Below, one piece after another: positions 1-6,175 of a stretch of 7,379 nucleotides of DNA. The stretch comes from a virus (lineage: Duplodnaviria > Heunggongvirae > Uroviricota > Caudoviricetes), in the IMG/VR virus record IMGVR_UViG_3300028969_000089. The stretch is one strand, 5' to 3'. The translations under genes and the position numbers were made by a program. A model generated the notes under the pieces. It searched no databases, was not told the DNA's origin, and saw only the letters and a list, made by a program, of their open reading frames with translations. Each line of letters opens with the position of its first letter. The first letter of the stretch is position 1.

Positions 1-82
1 AAATGTGGCCTGGCTGCACTCTGAAGTCACCGCATGGATGGCCGGGCGCATTGCCGGACGCAAACGGGGGTACGACGCATGA
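1..82 (+). CDS. 3' end of Vis/AlpA-family small DNA-binding regulator (5' truncated by window edge)
   Basis: Aligns base-for-base with 6744..6825, the 3' end of the complete 88-aa ORF 6559..6825. Reading frame ends at stop TGA 80..82, encoding ...[26 protein letters not shown]. Confidence 0.6.
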   Translation, partial: NVAWLHSEVTAWMAGRIAGRKRGYDA

Positions 83-117
83 TGATGCCCGCTCTGCAAA
101 AACTCCCTTTTTCTGGC

Positions 118-147
118 TTGCCTTTTTCCGGCATTTGCGGATATAGT
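118..147 (+). promoter_or_regulatory. Sigma70-like promoter, candidate early promoter of the left operon (P4 PLE equivalent)
   Basis: TTGCCT (118..123), 18-nt spacer, TATAGT (142..147), directly downstream of the vis stop. Identical hexamers at 6861..6866 and 6885..6890 in copy B. Confidence 0.4.
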
Positions 148-210
148 TTTTCCGCTGTCGCAAAATCGGCAGCCGGGCGTGAGAACCCGAGCAATTCACA
201 GGCGACATAT

Positions 211-232
211 GACGCGCCACGCGTCTTTTTTT
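211..232 (+). terminator. Intrinsic terminator-like hairpin in the leader
   Basis: GACGCG (211..216), loop CCA, CGCGTC (220..225), then seven T (226..232). Copy B keeps a GACGC/GCGTC stem plus T7 at 6954..6975. Confidence 0.45.
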
Positions 233-390
233 GTGTCGCAATCAATGCCACAGAGCGCCAGATTATGGTGTGGTGTGTGGTCAGTCGTGCAGATGGCATT
301 CCGTGCATCCTGCCCGCGTCCGCTCATTATGCCGCAGAGTCAATGGTAGCTCAGGCGGGGCAGCCTCCGGGCTGGCCGGTATCCTGTGAA

Positions 391-452
391 GCCGGTATTC
401 TCACCCCCGTCTGGGCTATCGCCATCGAGCGTGAGAACTCCGGCGATAGCGT
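391..452 (+). ncRNA. Candidate CI-like immunity RNA core (62-nt block identical in both repeat copies)
   Basis: The 62 nt at 391..452 are identical to 7125..7186 while the 10 nt immediately upstream and the sequence downstream differ. Contains a 9-bp stem GCTATCGCC (415..423) / GGCGATAGC (442..450) with an 18-nt loop exposing GTGAGAAC (431..438), and an upstream TTCTCAC (398..404) complementary to GTGAGAA. Confidence 0.35.
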
Positions 453-480
453 TATTTGCTATTCACAGGAGGCTGCCATC

Positions 481-678
481 ATGGCTACAACCCTTACCCC
501 CTCACACCCTGAATTTGTCTTTGTGTTTGCGGCTGTCCGTCGCGCAGACCGTCATCCCCGTATCTGTATGCTTCGCACCGTCGCCGGTGATGAACGCAGT
601 GCCCGCCGTTCCCTTGTCCGTGACTATGTGCTCTCCCTTGCTGCCCGTCTGCCGGTGGTGGAGGTGTCCCGTGCGTAA
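481..678 (+). CDS. Small conserved protein (65 aa) downstream of the CI-like block; function unknown (Kil/Eps position of a P4-type left operon)
   Basis: ATG 481 preceded by AGGAGG (467..472) with an 8-nt spacer. Copy B (7215..7379) differs at only three positions across the 55 aligned codons, all synonymous third-base changes (ACA/ACG, CCC/CCT, TGT/TGC). Confidence 0.55.
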
Positions 679-958
679 TAAAAAAGCCCCTCAGACCGTC
701 TCAGCGCGTCATGACGCCCGTGAACACCTCAGCATTGAGGCTTATCATAAGCTCAACCGTGCCAGCGCCGTATCCCAGTTTGTTGGGGGTGATTTGATTC
801 ACCGTGAACTCTCCGGCCTGCATCAGCTCTACATTCCGCATATTTTCAGCTACCTGAATGAAGATATTGATTTTGTGCTGAATGAGCTGAAAGCCAAAGG
901 CCTGTGCCGCGATTTTCTCGCCCAGCAGAAAGACCGGGGAGACAGGACGCATGTTTGA
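671..958 (+). CDS. Hypothetical small protein (95 aa), probably translationally coupled to the preceding ORF
   Basis: GTG 671 overlaps the upstream stop (GTGCGTAA) and is preceded by GGAGG (660..664). No in-frame ATG. The long 190-aa frame 386..958 would have to run through the conserved RNA block, so the short form is preferred. Confidence 0.4.
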
Positions 959-1011
959 TTTTCCCCAGCTCCACCACTTGCTCTTCCGGATACGTCCGGA
1001 GAAATCCTAAA

Positions 1012-1044
1012 AGCCCGCATGGCACAAGCTCTGCGGGCTTTTTT
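1012..1044 (+). terminator. Rho-independent terminator closing the upstream module
   Basis: Perfect 8-bp stem AGCCCGCA (1012..1019) / TGCGGGCT (1032..1039) with a 12-nt loop, followed by a T-run to 1044; A-run precedes the stem. Confidence 0.55.
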
Positions 1045-1088
1045 GTGTCTACCATTGTCCGAGGATATCCAGCTAAATCCAGTGATTA

Positions 1089-1140
1089 TTGGTATACGTT
1101 TAGGTATACGGTAGGATGTATACCTAAACGCGTATACCAA
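1089..1140. promoter_or_regulatory. Imperfect 21-bp inverted repeat with four GGTATAC/GTATACC heptamers upstream of int; candidate integrase or regulator binding region
   Basis: Left arm TTGGTATACGTTTAGGTATAC (1089..1109) and right arm GTATACCTAAACGCGTATACCAA (1118..1140) are reverse complements apart from one inserted base, separated by 8 bp, ending 20 bp before the int start. Confidence 0.4.
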
Positions 1141-1160
1141 TTCATGAAGGAGCGGCCACA

Positions 1161-2372
1161 GTGGCAAGAACGACACGCCCCCTGACCAACACAGAAGTTC
1201 TGCGCGCTAAAGCGTTAGAAAAGGATCTAACGTTACATGATGGCGATGGCCTTTTTCTGCTCGTTAAAACGAACGGTAAGAAGTTGTGGCGTTTCCGTTA
1301 TCAACGTCCAGCAACAAAACAGCGGACAATGATGGGGCTTGGTGCTTTCCCCGCCCTTTCACTTGCTGATGCTCGAAGGTTAAGAGCGGATTACCTTGCT
1401 TTGTTGGCTAATGGTATAGACCCACAAGTTCAAGCTGAATTTATCGAAGAACAACAACAGATAGCTCTAGACAGTATTTTTTCGACTGTTGCGACCAACT
1501 GGTTCCAGATAAAAAGCAAAAGCGTTACCCCTGATTACGCTAAAGATATATGGCGCTCACTGGAAAAAGACGTATTCCCTGCCATCGGGGAGATTCCTGT
1601 CCAGCAAATAAAAGCCCGAACACTAGTTGAAGCCCTTGAGCCAATCAAAGCTCGTGGAGCACTCGAGACAGTGCGCCGACTTGTACAGCGCATTAACGAG
1701 ATAATGATTTATGCCGTAAACACTGGTCTGATTGATGCCAATCCAGCATCAGGTGTTGGGATGGCCTTTGAAAAGCCCAGAAAACAAAACATGCCGACGC
1801 TGAGGCCAGAAGAATTACCAAAGCTGATGCGTTCTTTGTTCATGTCAAATCTGTCTGTTCCGACTCGCTGTCTCATTGAATGGCAGCTTCTGACTCTAGT
1901 GCGTCCTGCTGAAGCTTCCGGTGCTCGATGGGCAGAGATCGATCTCGATGCAAAGCTCTGGATGATTCCAGCCGAACGGATGAAGGCCAAACGAGAGCAC
2001 ATAGTTCCTTTATCCACGCAGGCATTAGAAATTCTAGAAGTGATGCAACCTATTAGCGCACATCGTGAGCATGTTTTCCCAAGCAGAAATGACCCTAAAC
2101 AACCAATGAATAGCCAGACTGCGAATGCCGCGCTTAAGCGCATTGGTTATGGTGGGAAGCTTGTTGCTCATGGATTACGTTCTATAGCAAGTACAGCACT
2201 AAATGAAGCTGGTTTTAATCCGGACGTAATTGAAGCGGCACTTGCTCACAGTGATAAAAATGAAGTTCGAAGAGCATACAATCGTTCAACTTACCTTGAA
2301 CAACGTATAGACTTGATGAATTGGTGGGGTGAATTTGTGCACAACCGCCACCGCCTCATGCAAGCGATTTAA
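1161..2372 (+). CDS. int: P4-type tyrosine integrase (site-specific recombinase)
   Basis: 403-aa ORF starting GTG 1161 with AAGGAG at 1147..1152. N-terminal arm-binding-type sequence (LHDGDGLFLLVKTNGKKLWRFRYQ) and C-terminal catalytic signature HGLRSIAS ... RAYNRSTY typical of P4-family integrases. Confidence 0.9.
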   Translation: MARTTRPLTNTEVLRAKALEKDLTLHDGDGLFLLVKTNGKKLWRFRYQRPATKQRTMMGLGAFPALSLADARRLRADYLALLANGIDPQVQAEFIEEQQQIALDSIFSTVATNWFQIKSKSVTPDYAKDIWRSLEKDVFPAIGEIPVQQIKARTLVEALEPIKARGALETVRRLVQRINEIMIYAVNTGLIDANPASGVGMAFEKPRKQNMPTLRPEELPKLMRSLFMSNLSVPTRCLIEWQLLTLVRPAEASGARWAEIDLDAKLWMIPAERMKAKREHIVPLSTQALEILEVMQPISAHREHVFPSRNDPKQPMNSQTANAALKRIGYGGKLVAHGLRSIASTALNEAGFNPDVIEAALAHSDKNEVRRAYNRSTYLEQRIDLMNWWGEFVHNRHRLMQAI

Positions 2373-2399
2373 TAAGATTGCACAGCAAAGGAGTCTTAA

Positions 2400-3758
2400 A
2401 TGCCAAATAACTACCATCAATACATCGAAGACGTTAGTGATGATATAAAGACATGTCTTGAAGGAATGGGATGCCAACCCATACTTTTTGTTGGATCGGG
2501 ATTAACCAAGAGATATCTTTCTGGCCCAAACTGGGAAGAACTTCTTCAGCAACTTGCTAATGAATGTCCTAACATCGATAAAAGATTTGCCTATTATAAA
2601 CAGAAATACCCCGAGTTGATTGATATCGGCAGTGTATTTTCTGATTCTTATAACGAGTGGGCATGGGGTGATGGAGAGAAAGAATTTCCAGCAGAGTTAT
2701 TTGATGCAGGCAATGAGCCAAGTATTTATTTTAAATACAAAGTATCTAGTATTTTCAACTCATTGTTACAAGAAAAAGAAATCGTAAACAACGGTGAAAT
2801 TGAACTTCTGAGAAAGATTCACCCTCATTCAATCATCACAACAAATTACGACAAATTACTTGAATCGATATATCCTGAGTTTACCCCCATTATAGGCCAA
2901 AAAATCCTTTACGCTAATCACGGTAGCATTGGTGAAATACTTAAAATACATGGTTGCTGCTCCACTCCTGAAAGCATAATAATAAACCGCGATGACTACG
3001 ATGACTTCATAAAGAAGAAGAAATATTTAAGCGCAAAACTGCTTACTTTCTTTGCTGAACACCCTCTTCTATTTATAGGTTACAGCGCAGAAGACTCGAA
3101 CATAAAAAACATACTATCTGATATTGATGAACTACTTTCAGAAAATGGAGATGTCATTCCAAATATATACATTTTAGAATGGACGAGCAAACAAAATGAA
3201 AGTGAATACCCACGCCGTGAACGGCTGATTCAAGTATCTGCAAACAAAAGCATTAGAATAAAAAGTATAGTAGCAAATGACTTCTCTTGGGTATTTTCAG
3301 CGTTTGGCGCGAACAGAGCACTTGATAACATAAATCCCAAATTATTGAGGGCACTTTTAGCTCGCACTTACGATCTCGTCAGAACTGATATACCTCGCAA
3401 TCCTGTCCAAGTTGATTACCGAGTTTTATCAAGCATTAGCGAGTCAGAAGGTGAATTAGCGAAATTATATGGTATCGCCACATCGTCAGATGGTATGGCA
3501 TTTAATGCCAGTTATCCTTTTACTTTAACCACGCTAGGGCAATCACTTGGTTTCAAAGGCTGGCATGATGCGAACAAACTATTAGAAGTAGTTAAAAACA
3601 TCACGAACGTAGACATCAAGACATTCGATAACAAATACCACTATGCAATAATGAACGGTGATGAGATTCAGTCCCATAGATATTCAAACTATCTTCGAGA
3701 ACTCCTCGAAAAGGTTAGGGATGGAGAGGAGTTTGAGTTAGGAATAAAGGCTCCATAA
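2400..3758 (+). CDS. SIR2-like (SIR2_2-type) putative NAD+-hydrolase, candidate standalone antiphage defence protein with an uncharacterised C-terminal domain
   Basis: 452-aa ORF with AAGGAG at 2388..2393. Motifs read directly: ILFVGSGLTKRYLSGPNWEELL (Gly-rich NAD pocket), ITTNYD (Asn149, codon 2844..2846), KIHG (His184, codon 2949..2951), LFIGYSAED. Gene is markedly AT-rich against GC-rich flanks and starts 25 bp after the int stop. Confidence 0.8.
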   Translation: MPNNYHQYIEDVSDDIKTCLEGMGCQPILFVGSGLTKRYLSGPNWEELLQQLANECPNIDKRFAYYKQKYPELIDIGSVFSDSYNEWAWGDGEKEFPAELFDAGNEPSIYFKYKVSSIFNSLLQEKEIVNNGEIELLRKIHPHSIITTNYDKLLESIYPEFTPIIGQKILYANHGSIGEILKIHGCCSTPESIIINRDDYDDFIKKKKYLSAKLLTFFAEHPLLFIGYSAEDSNIKNILSDIDELLSENGDVIPNIYILEWTSKQNESEYPRRERLIQVSANKSIRIKSIVANDFSWVFSAFGANRALDNINPKLLRALLARTYDLVRTDIPRNPVQVDYRVLSSISESEGELAKLYGIATSSDGMAFNASYPFTLTTLGQSLGFKGWHDANKLLEVVKNITNVDIKTFDNKYHYAIMNGDEIQSHRYSNYLRELLEKVRDGEEFELGIKAP

Positions 3759-3787
3759 TTATTCATATAGCCTTACTACTTTTTATG

Positions 3788-3809
3788 GCCGCTTTAATAG
3801 CGGCTTTTT
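3788..3809 (+). terminator. Rho-independent terminator after the SIR2-like gene
   Basis: Stem GCCGCT (3788..3793) / AGCGGC (3799..3804), loop TTAAT, then TTTTT (3805..3809), 30 bp past the stop codon. Confidence 0.55.
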
Positions 3810-3945
3810 CACAGCATTATTCATGCTTCTAGCACGATATGATGAACCGCAATAATCATAGCTAACAGGATTAATTTAAAGCATTACTCCTCGACTGAAG
3901 CGTGCTGTCATGCGAAAAAAATTTAAACTACCACGTTAGCGCGCA

Positions 3946-3964
3946 GTGCTTTCCCCGCCTCGCC
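3946..3964. other. Candidate cos site (P2/P4-type 19-nt cohesive end)
   Basis: GTGCTTTCCCCGCCTCGCC is the exact reverse complement of GGCGAGGCGGGGAAAGCAC, which I recall as the P2/P4 cohesive-end sequence. It lies between the cargo gene and psu, as cos does in P4. Confidence 0.6.
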
Positions 3965-4066
3965 CGCCCGCTTTGCGGGGCGGTTTTAATGCAGTTGCAC
4001 TGACACGCTCAGACCGCGCCGGGAATGGTGCGGTCTGCAGAAAATGAGGCAGGAAAACGCATGCAA

Positions 4067-4098
4067 AGCCATGCACCTTATCGATGCATGGCTTTTTT
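4067..4098 (+). terminator. Hairpin plus T-tract in the cos-to-psu spacer (terminator-like)
   Basis: 9-bp stem AGCCATGCA (4067..4075) / TGCATGGCT (4085..4093), 9-nt loop, T-run to 4098. It is oriented to stop plus-strand read-through into antisense psu. Confidence 0.35.
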
Positions 4099-4128
4099 CA
4101 GTAAAAACGGGCGGATTTTCGGGGAATT

Positions 4129-4701
4129 TTACACAGACTGACGTGATGCCAGTTGCGCACTTTTACGCGAAAAAATCATGTTCTGCGCAGGGGTGAATTT
4201 TTCACGGCTGTCATCCACCGAAGCCGCGTCAGGCCTGAATCCGATGGCCGTTAAAATGTCGCTATCCTGTGCGGAATAATTAATTTTTTCCCCCTTCGCA
4301 AGCCAGGACAGAAGGGCTTCACGCAGGGCATCTGTGGCACGCTGTATGGCACAGTTTCGGGCAATGACCGTCAGCTCACTGTAGCCCATCAGCTCCGGTG
4401 CCAGTGCCGCCGCCAGTGCTGTGCCGTGCTGCTGCATAAAATCATTCAGCCGGTCGCGGATGCTGATGTGCTGAACGGCTTCATGCGAACGAATATAACG
4501 ACCGGCGGCCTGATTCACCTGCCATTTTCTGACTTCGATAATATTGCGTAATTCGTCCAAGCGACTGACGTTTCTGCCTTCTCCTGACAGAAGCCGCAGA
4601 TATTCCTGTTCGGCCGCAGCCAGCTCATTTTTGCGTTGCAGCCATGCTGCTTTGTTATTCTGACAGGTGTCAAAGGCCTGCTGTAAGGCTGTGCTTTCCA
4701 T
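4129..4701 (-). CDS. psu: Polarity suppression protein Psu (P4 capsid decoration / Rho antagonist)
   Basis: 190-aa ORF whose sequence (MESTALQQAFDTCQNNKAAWLQRKNELAAAEQEY...) matches my recollection of P4 Psu in length and sequence. Last gene of the sid-delta-psu late operon. Confidence 0.85.
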   Translation of the reverse strand: MESTALQQAFDTCQNNKAAWLQRKNELAAAEQEYLRLLSGEGRNVSRLDELRNIIEVRKWQVNQAAGRYIRSHEAVQHISIRDRLNDFMQQHGTALAAALAPELMGYSELTVIARNCAIQRATDALREALLSWLAKGEKINYSAQDSDILTAIGFRPDAASVDDSREKFTPAQNMIFSRKSAQLASRQSV

Positions 4702-4774
4702 CGTTATCTCTTTCTCATCATGCTGAAGAATAAAAATACGGTGTGCGGCGACGGCCGGTGTTAACCGGCAGCCC

Positions 4775-5275
4775 TCATTCCAGACGCAGCGAATATGATT
4801 GTGTTTTTAACCGTACTGGCGGCAGTTCCTGTTTTTCATGCAGGCGTTCTGCCAGTTCGTCCGGTGTGACCGGGCGGACAATGAAGCGGTTGATGGTCTG
4901 AAGCGTTTTAAACACCAGACCACATCCCGGATCCGTGCACACATAAAAACGCTCGGTGACTTCCTGAGACAGACGCCGCGATGTTCTTGACAGTGCAAGG
5001 CCTTTACATCTCCGACAACAATATCCGGTAACAAGCATTCTTTTCGGGCGTTTCATACTGCCGGAGGCTGACGTCAGTGAATCGCGGTATCTCTGTTTGC
5101 CTGAAATGTATTCCATTCCTGAATCTTTACAGTCAGAGAAAAAGCTTTCACTCGCTTCAAATGTCGCAGAGCAATAAATATTCCGGCACTGTGCAATCAT
5201 TATCTTGGTGCCATCGTCCATGAAATGTGCGCGACGGGTGTGAGCAACATGTCCACACGACGGGCAGTAAATCAT
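4775..5275 (-). CDS. delta: Delta, Ogr/Delta-family zinc-finger late transcription activator
   Basis: 166 aa, the length of P4 Delta. Two Ogr-like halves each with Cys pairs (CPSC...CRNIYC and CCRRC...CTDPGC). Start overlaps the sid stop in an ATGA junction at 5272..5275. Confidence 0.85.
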   Translation of the reverse strand: MIYCPSCGHVAHTRRAHFMDDGTKIMIAQCRNIYCSATFEASESFFSDCKDSGMEYISGKQRYRDSLTSASGSMKRPKRMLVTGYCCRRCKGLALSRTSRRLSQEVTERFYVCTDPGCGLVFKTLQTINRFIVRPVTPDELAERLHEKQELPPVRLKTQSYSLRLE

Positions 5276-6006
5276 GACAGCAGTCCTCTGGCCTTAAGCT
5301 CTGCTCCCTGCTGGTCTATTTTGTCCTGCCACACCTTGCGCTGTGCCGGTGTGCCTGCCACCTCATAATCCATGTGCGGGAGTGTTGCCGCTGACAGTCC
5401 GGTCAGCCGGAGAACCGGCTCGCCGGTGAGGCTGATTTGCATCTGTTTAATTTTCTGTTCCAGCGATGATTTCACCTGCTGCATGACAGCCTTTTCCGGT
5501 GCGACGTAGCCCTGATGGCCGGTGGTGTTGGCGAGCGGATTTTCCTGTACCAGGATACTCAGATGCATTGCCCGGACAAGCGCCTCACAGGTTTCATTTA
5601 GGGCGTGTTCCAGCTCATGCTCTGCATACAGACTCAGAAGGTGATGATGTGCCTTCCGGTAGGCGGTGGCCGTGCTGTCACACGCCCCTTTCAGGCGTTC
5701 ACGTTCGAAATTCAGCACCACGGCCAGATTGTCATATTCCTGTACCAGCTCCCGGCGTGCCACGCGCTCAATGTGGCGCTGTTTCAGCTCGTCGCTCAGG
5801 ACACCACCGGCTGCACGAAAGGCCGTGCGCCAGTCGTCAGCGTCGTTTCCGTCGGCCTGCGCCAGCGCATTTTTTTCCTGCTCTGCCCGTTCAATGGCCG
5901 TGATGGTCTCATCCATCAGGCGGGCGTTCTCAAGATGAGCGGCTCTGGCCTTTTCCAGTTGTGCCAGCGCGGGTTGCAGATATTCAGGGATGGTGTTGTC
6001 AGACAT
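5272..6006 (-). CDS. sid: Sid, external scaffold / capsid size determination protein
   Basis: The ORF track extends to 6072, but the ATG at 6004..6006 (MSDNTIPEYL...) has a GGAG 6 nt upstream and gives 244 aa, matching P4 Sid as I recall it. The upstream ATG would overlap the predicted promoter dyads. Confidence 0.8.
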   Translation of the reverse strand: MSDNTIPEYLQPALAQLEKARAAHLENARLMDETITAIERAEQEKNALAQADGNDADDWRTAFRAAGGVLSDELKQRHIERVARRELVQEYDNLAVVLNFERERLKGACDSTATAYRKAHHHLLSLYAEHELEHALNETCEALVRAMHLSILVQENPLANTTGHQGYVAPEKAVMQQVKSSLEQKIKQMQISLTGEPVLRLTGLSAATLPHMDYEVAGTPAQRKVWQDKIDQQGAELKARGLLS

Positions 6007-6040
6007 TTTCCGGCTCCTCGTCACTTCAGGTTGAGAAAAT

Positions 6041-6096
6041 TGTGACGTACACCGGACAACAACACGACGCATTGCAGATGTGCCAGCCCTGACACA
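6041..6096 (-). promoter_or_regulatory. Candidate Psid late promoter with two Ogr/Delta-type TGT-N12-ACA dyads
   Basis: Dyads TGT-N12-ACA at 6041..6058 and 6079..6096, centres 38 bp apart. If the distal dyad is at -55 the start site falls near 6032, about 26 nt upstream of the sid ATG, and the proximal dyad near -17. Confidence 0.5.
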
Positions 6097-6175
6097 GGAG
6101 ACTCATCCTCAGACCGGCAAGCCAGGAAAAGGTCGCAGGAAAAACCGGCTTACTGTTTGTTTTTTTATATTTTAC

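Larger units (their letters stand above)
1..645. repeat. Copy A of a diverged ~640-bp direct repeat (partner 6744..7379) covering vis 3' end, promoter, leader and the start of a small ORF
   Basis: By-eye alignment with 6744..7379. Offset is 6743 at the vis stop and 6734 at the small-ORF ATG, so there is a net 9-nt indel in the variable leader segment. Identity is perfect in some blocks and heavily substituted in others, roughly 90% overall. Confidence 0.8.

Noticed and set aside
27-308. 93-aa minus-strand ORF, and its repeat-copy counterpart 6770..6994
   Set aside because: Both are antisense to the promoter/leader region with no ribosome-binding site. They appear twice only because the region is duplicated, and differ in length between the copies.
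34-678. 214-aa plus-strand ORF spanning the whole leader
   Set aside because: It runs through the promoter, a hairpin terminator and the conserved RNA block, and the corresponding region of copy B has indels that break the frame. Only its last 65 codons (481..678) behave like a coding sequence.
386-958. 190-aa ORF as a single long protein
   Set aside because: The N-terminal part overlaps the conserved RNA block and the small ORF in another frame. A GTG at 671 with its own GGAGG gives a 95-aa product and is more plausible.
1046-1160. tRNA 3' end or attachment core at the junction before int
   Set aside because: No T-arm-like GTTCGAATCC motif or CCA-ending acceptor sequence was seen; the interval is dominated by the heptamer palindrome. 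An att core may exist but cannot be supported from this sequence.
701-1185. Cluster of overlapping small ORFs (701..952 -, 846..1055 -, 850..1176 -, 904..1185 +)
   Set aside because: They overlap the 95-aa ORF, the terminator hairpin and the palindrome upstream of int; no start signals; typical spurious frames in GC-rich DNA.
1709-2143. 144-aa minus-strand ORF inside int
   Set aside because: Entirely antisense to the well-supported integrase gene.
2286-2477. 63-aa minus-strand ORF across the int/SIR2 junction
   Set aside because: Antisense to both genes and covers the SIR2 ribosome-binding site; no support.
2400-3758. Assignment of the SIR2-like gene to Thoeris (ThsA), SIR2-HerA or Argonaute-SIR2 systems
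   Set aside because: No TIR, HerA or Argonaute gene is present anywhere in the window, and the C-terminal region shows no SLOG-like motif I can recognise. It is treated as an unassigned standalone SIR2-like protein.
4807-5034. 75-aa minus-strand ORF inside delta
   Set aside because: Alternative frame within the delta gene, which has a clear zinc-finger signature.
5499-6045. Plus-strand ORFs of 134, 146 and 90 aa inside sid
   Set aside because: Antisense to sid; the long open frames reflect the GC-rich codon bias of the real gene on the opposite strand.
6004-6072. N-terminal extension of sid to the ATG at 6072 (266-aa form)
   Set aside because: The extension would start inside the predicted Delta-binding dyads and lacks a ribosome-binding site. 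The ATG at 6004..6006 has a GGAG and gives the 244-aa length expected for Sid.
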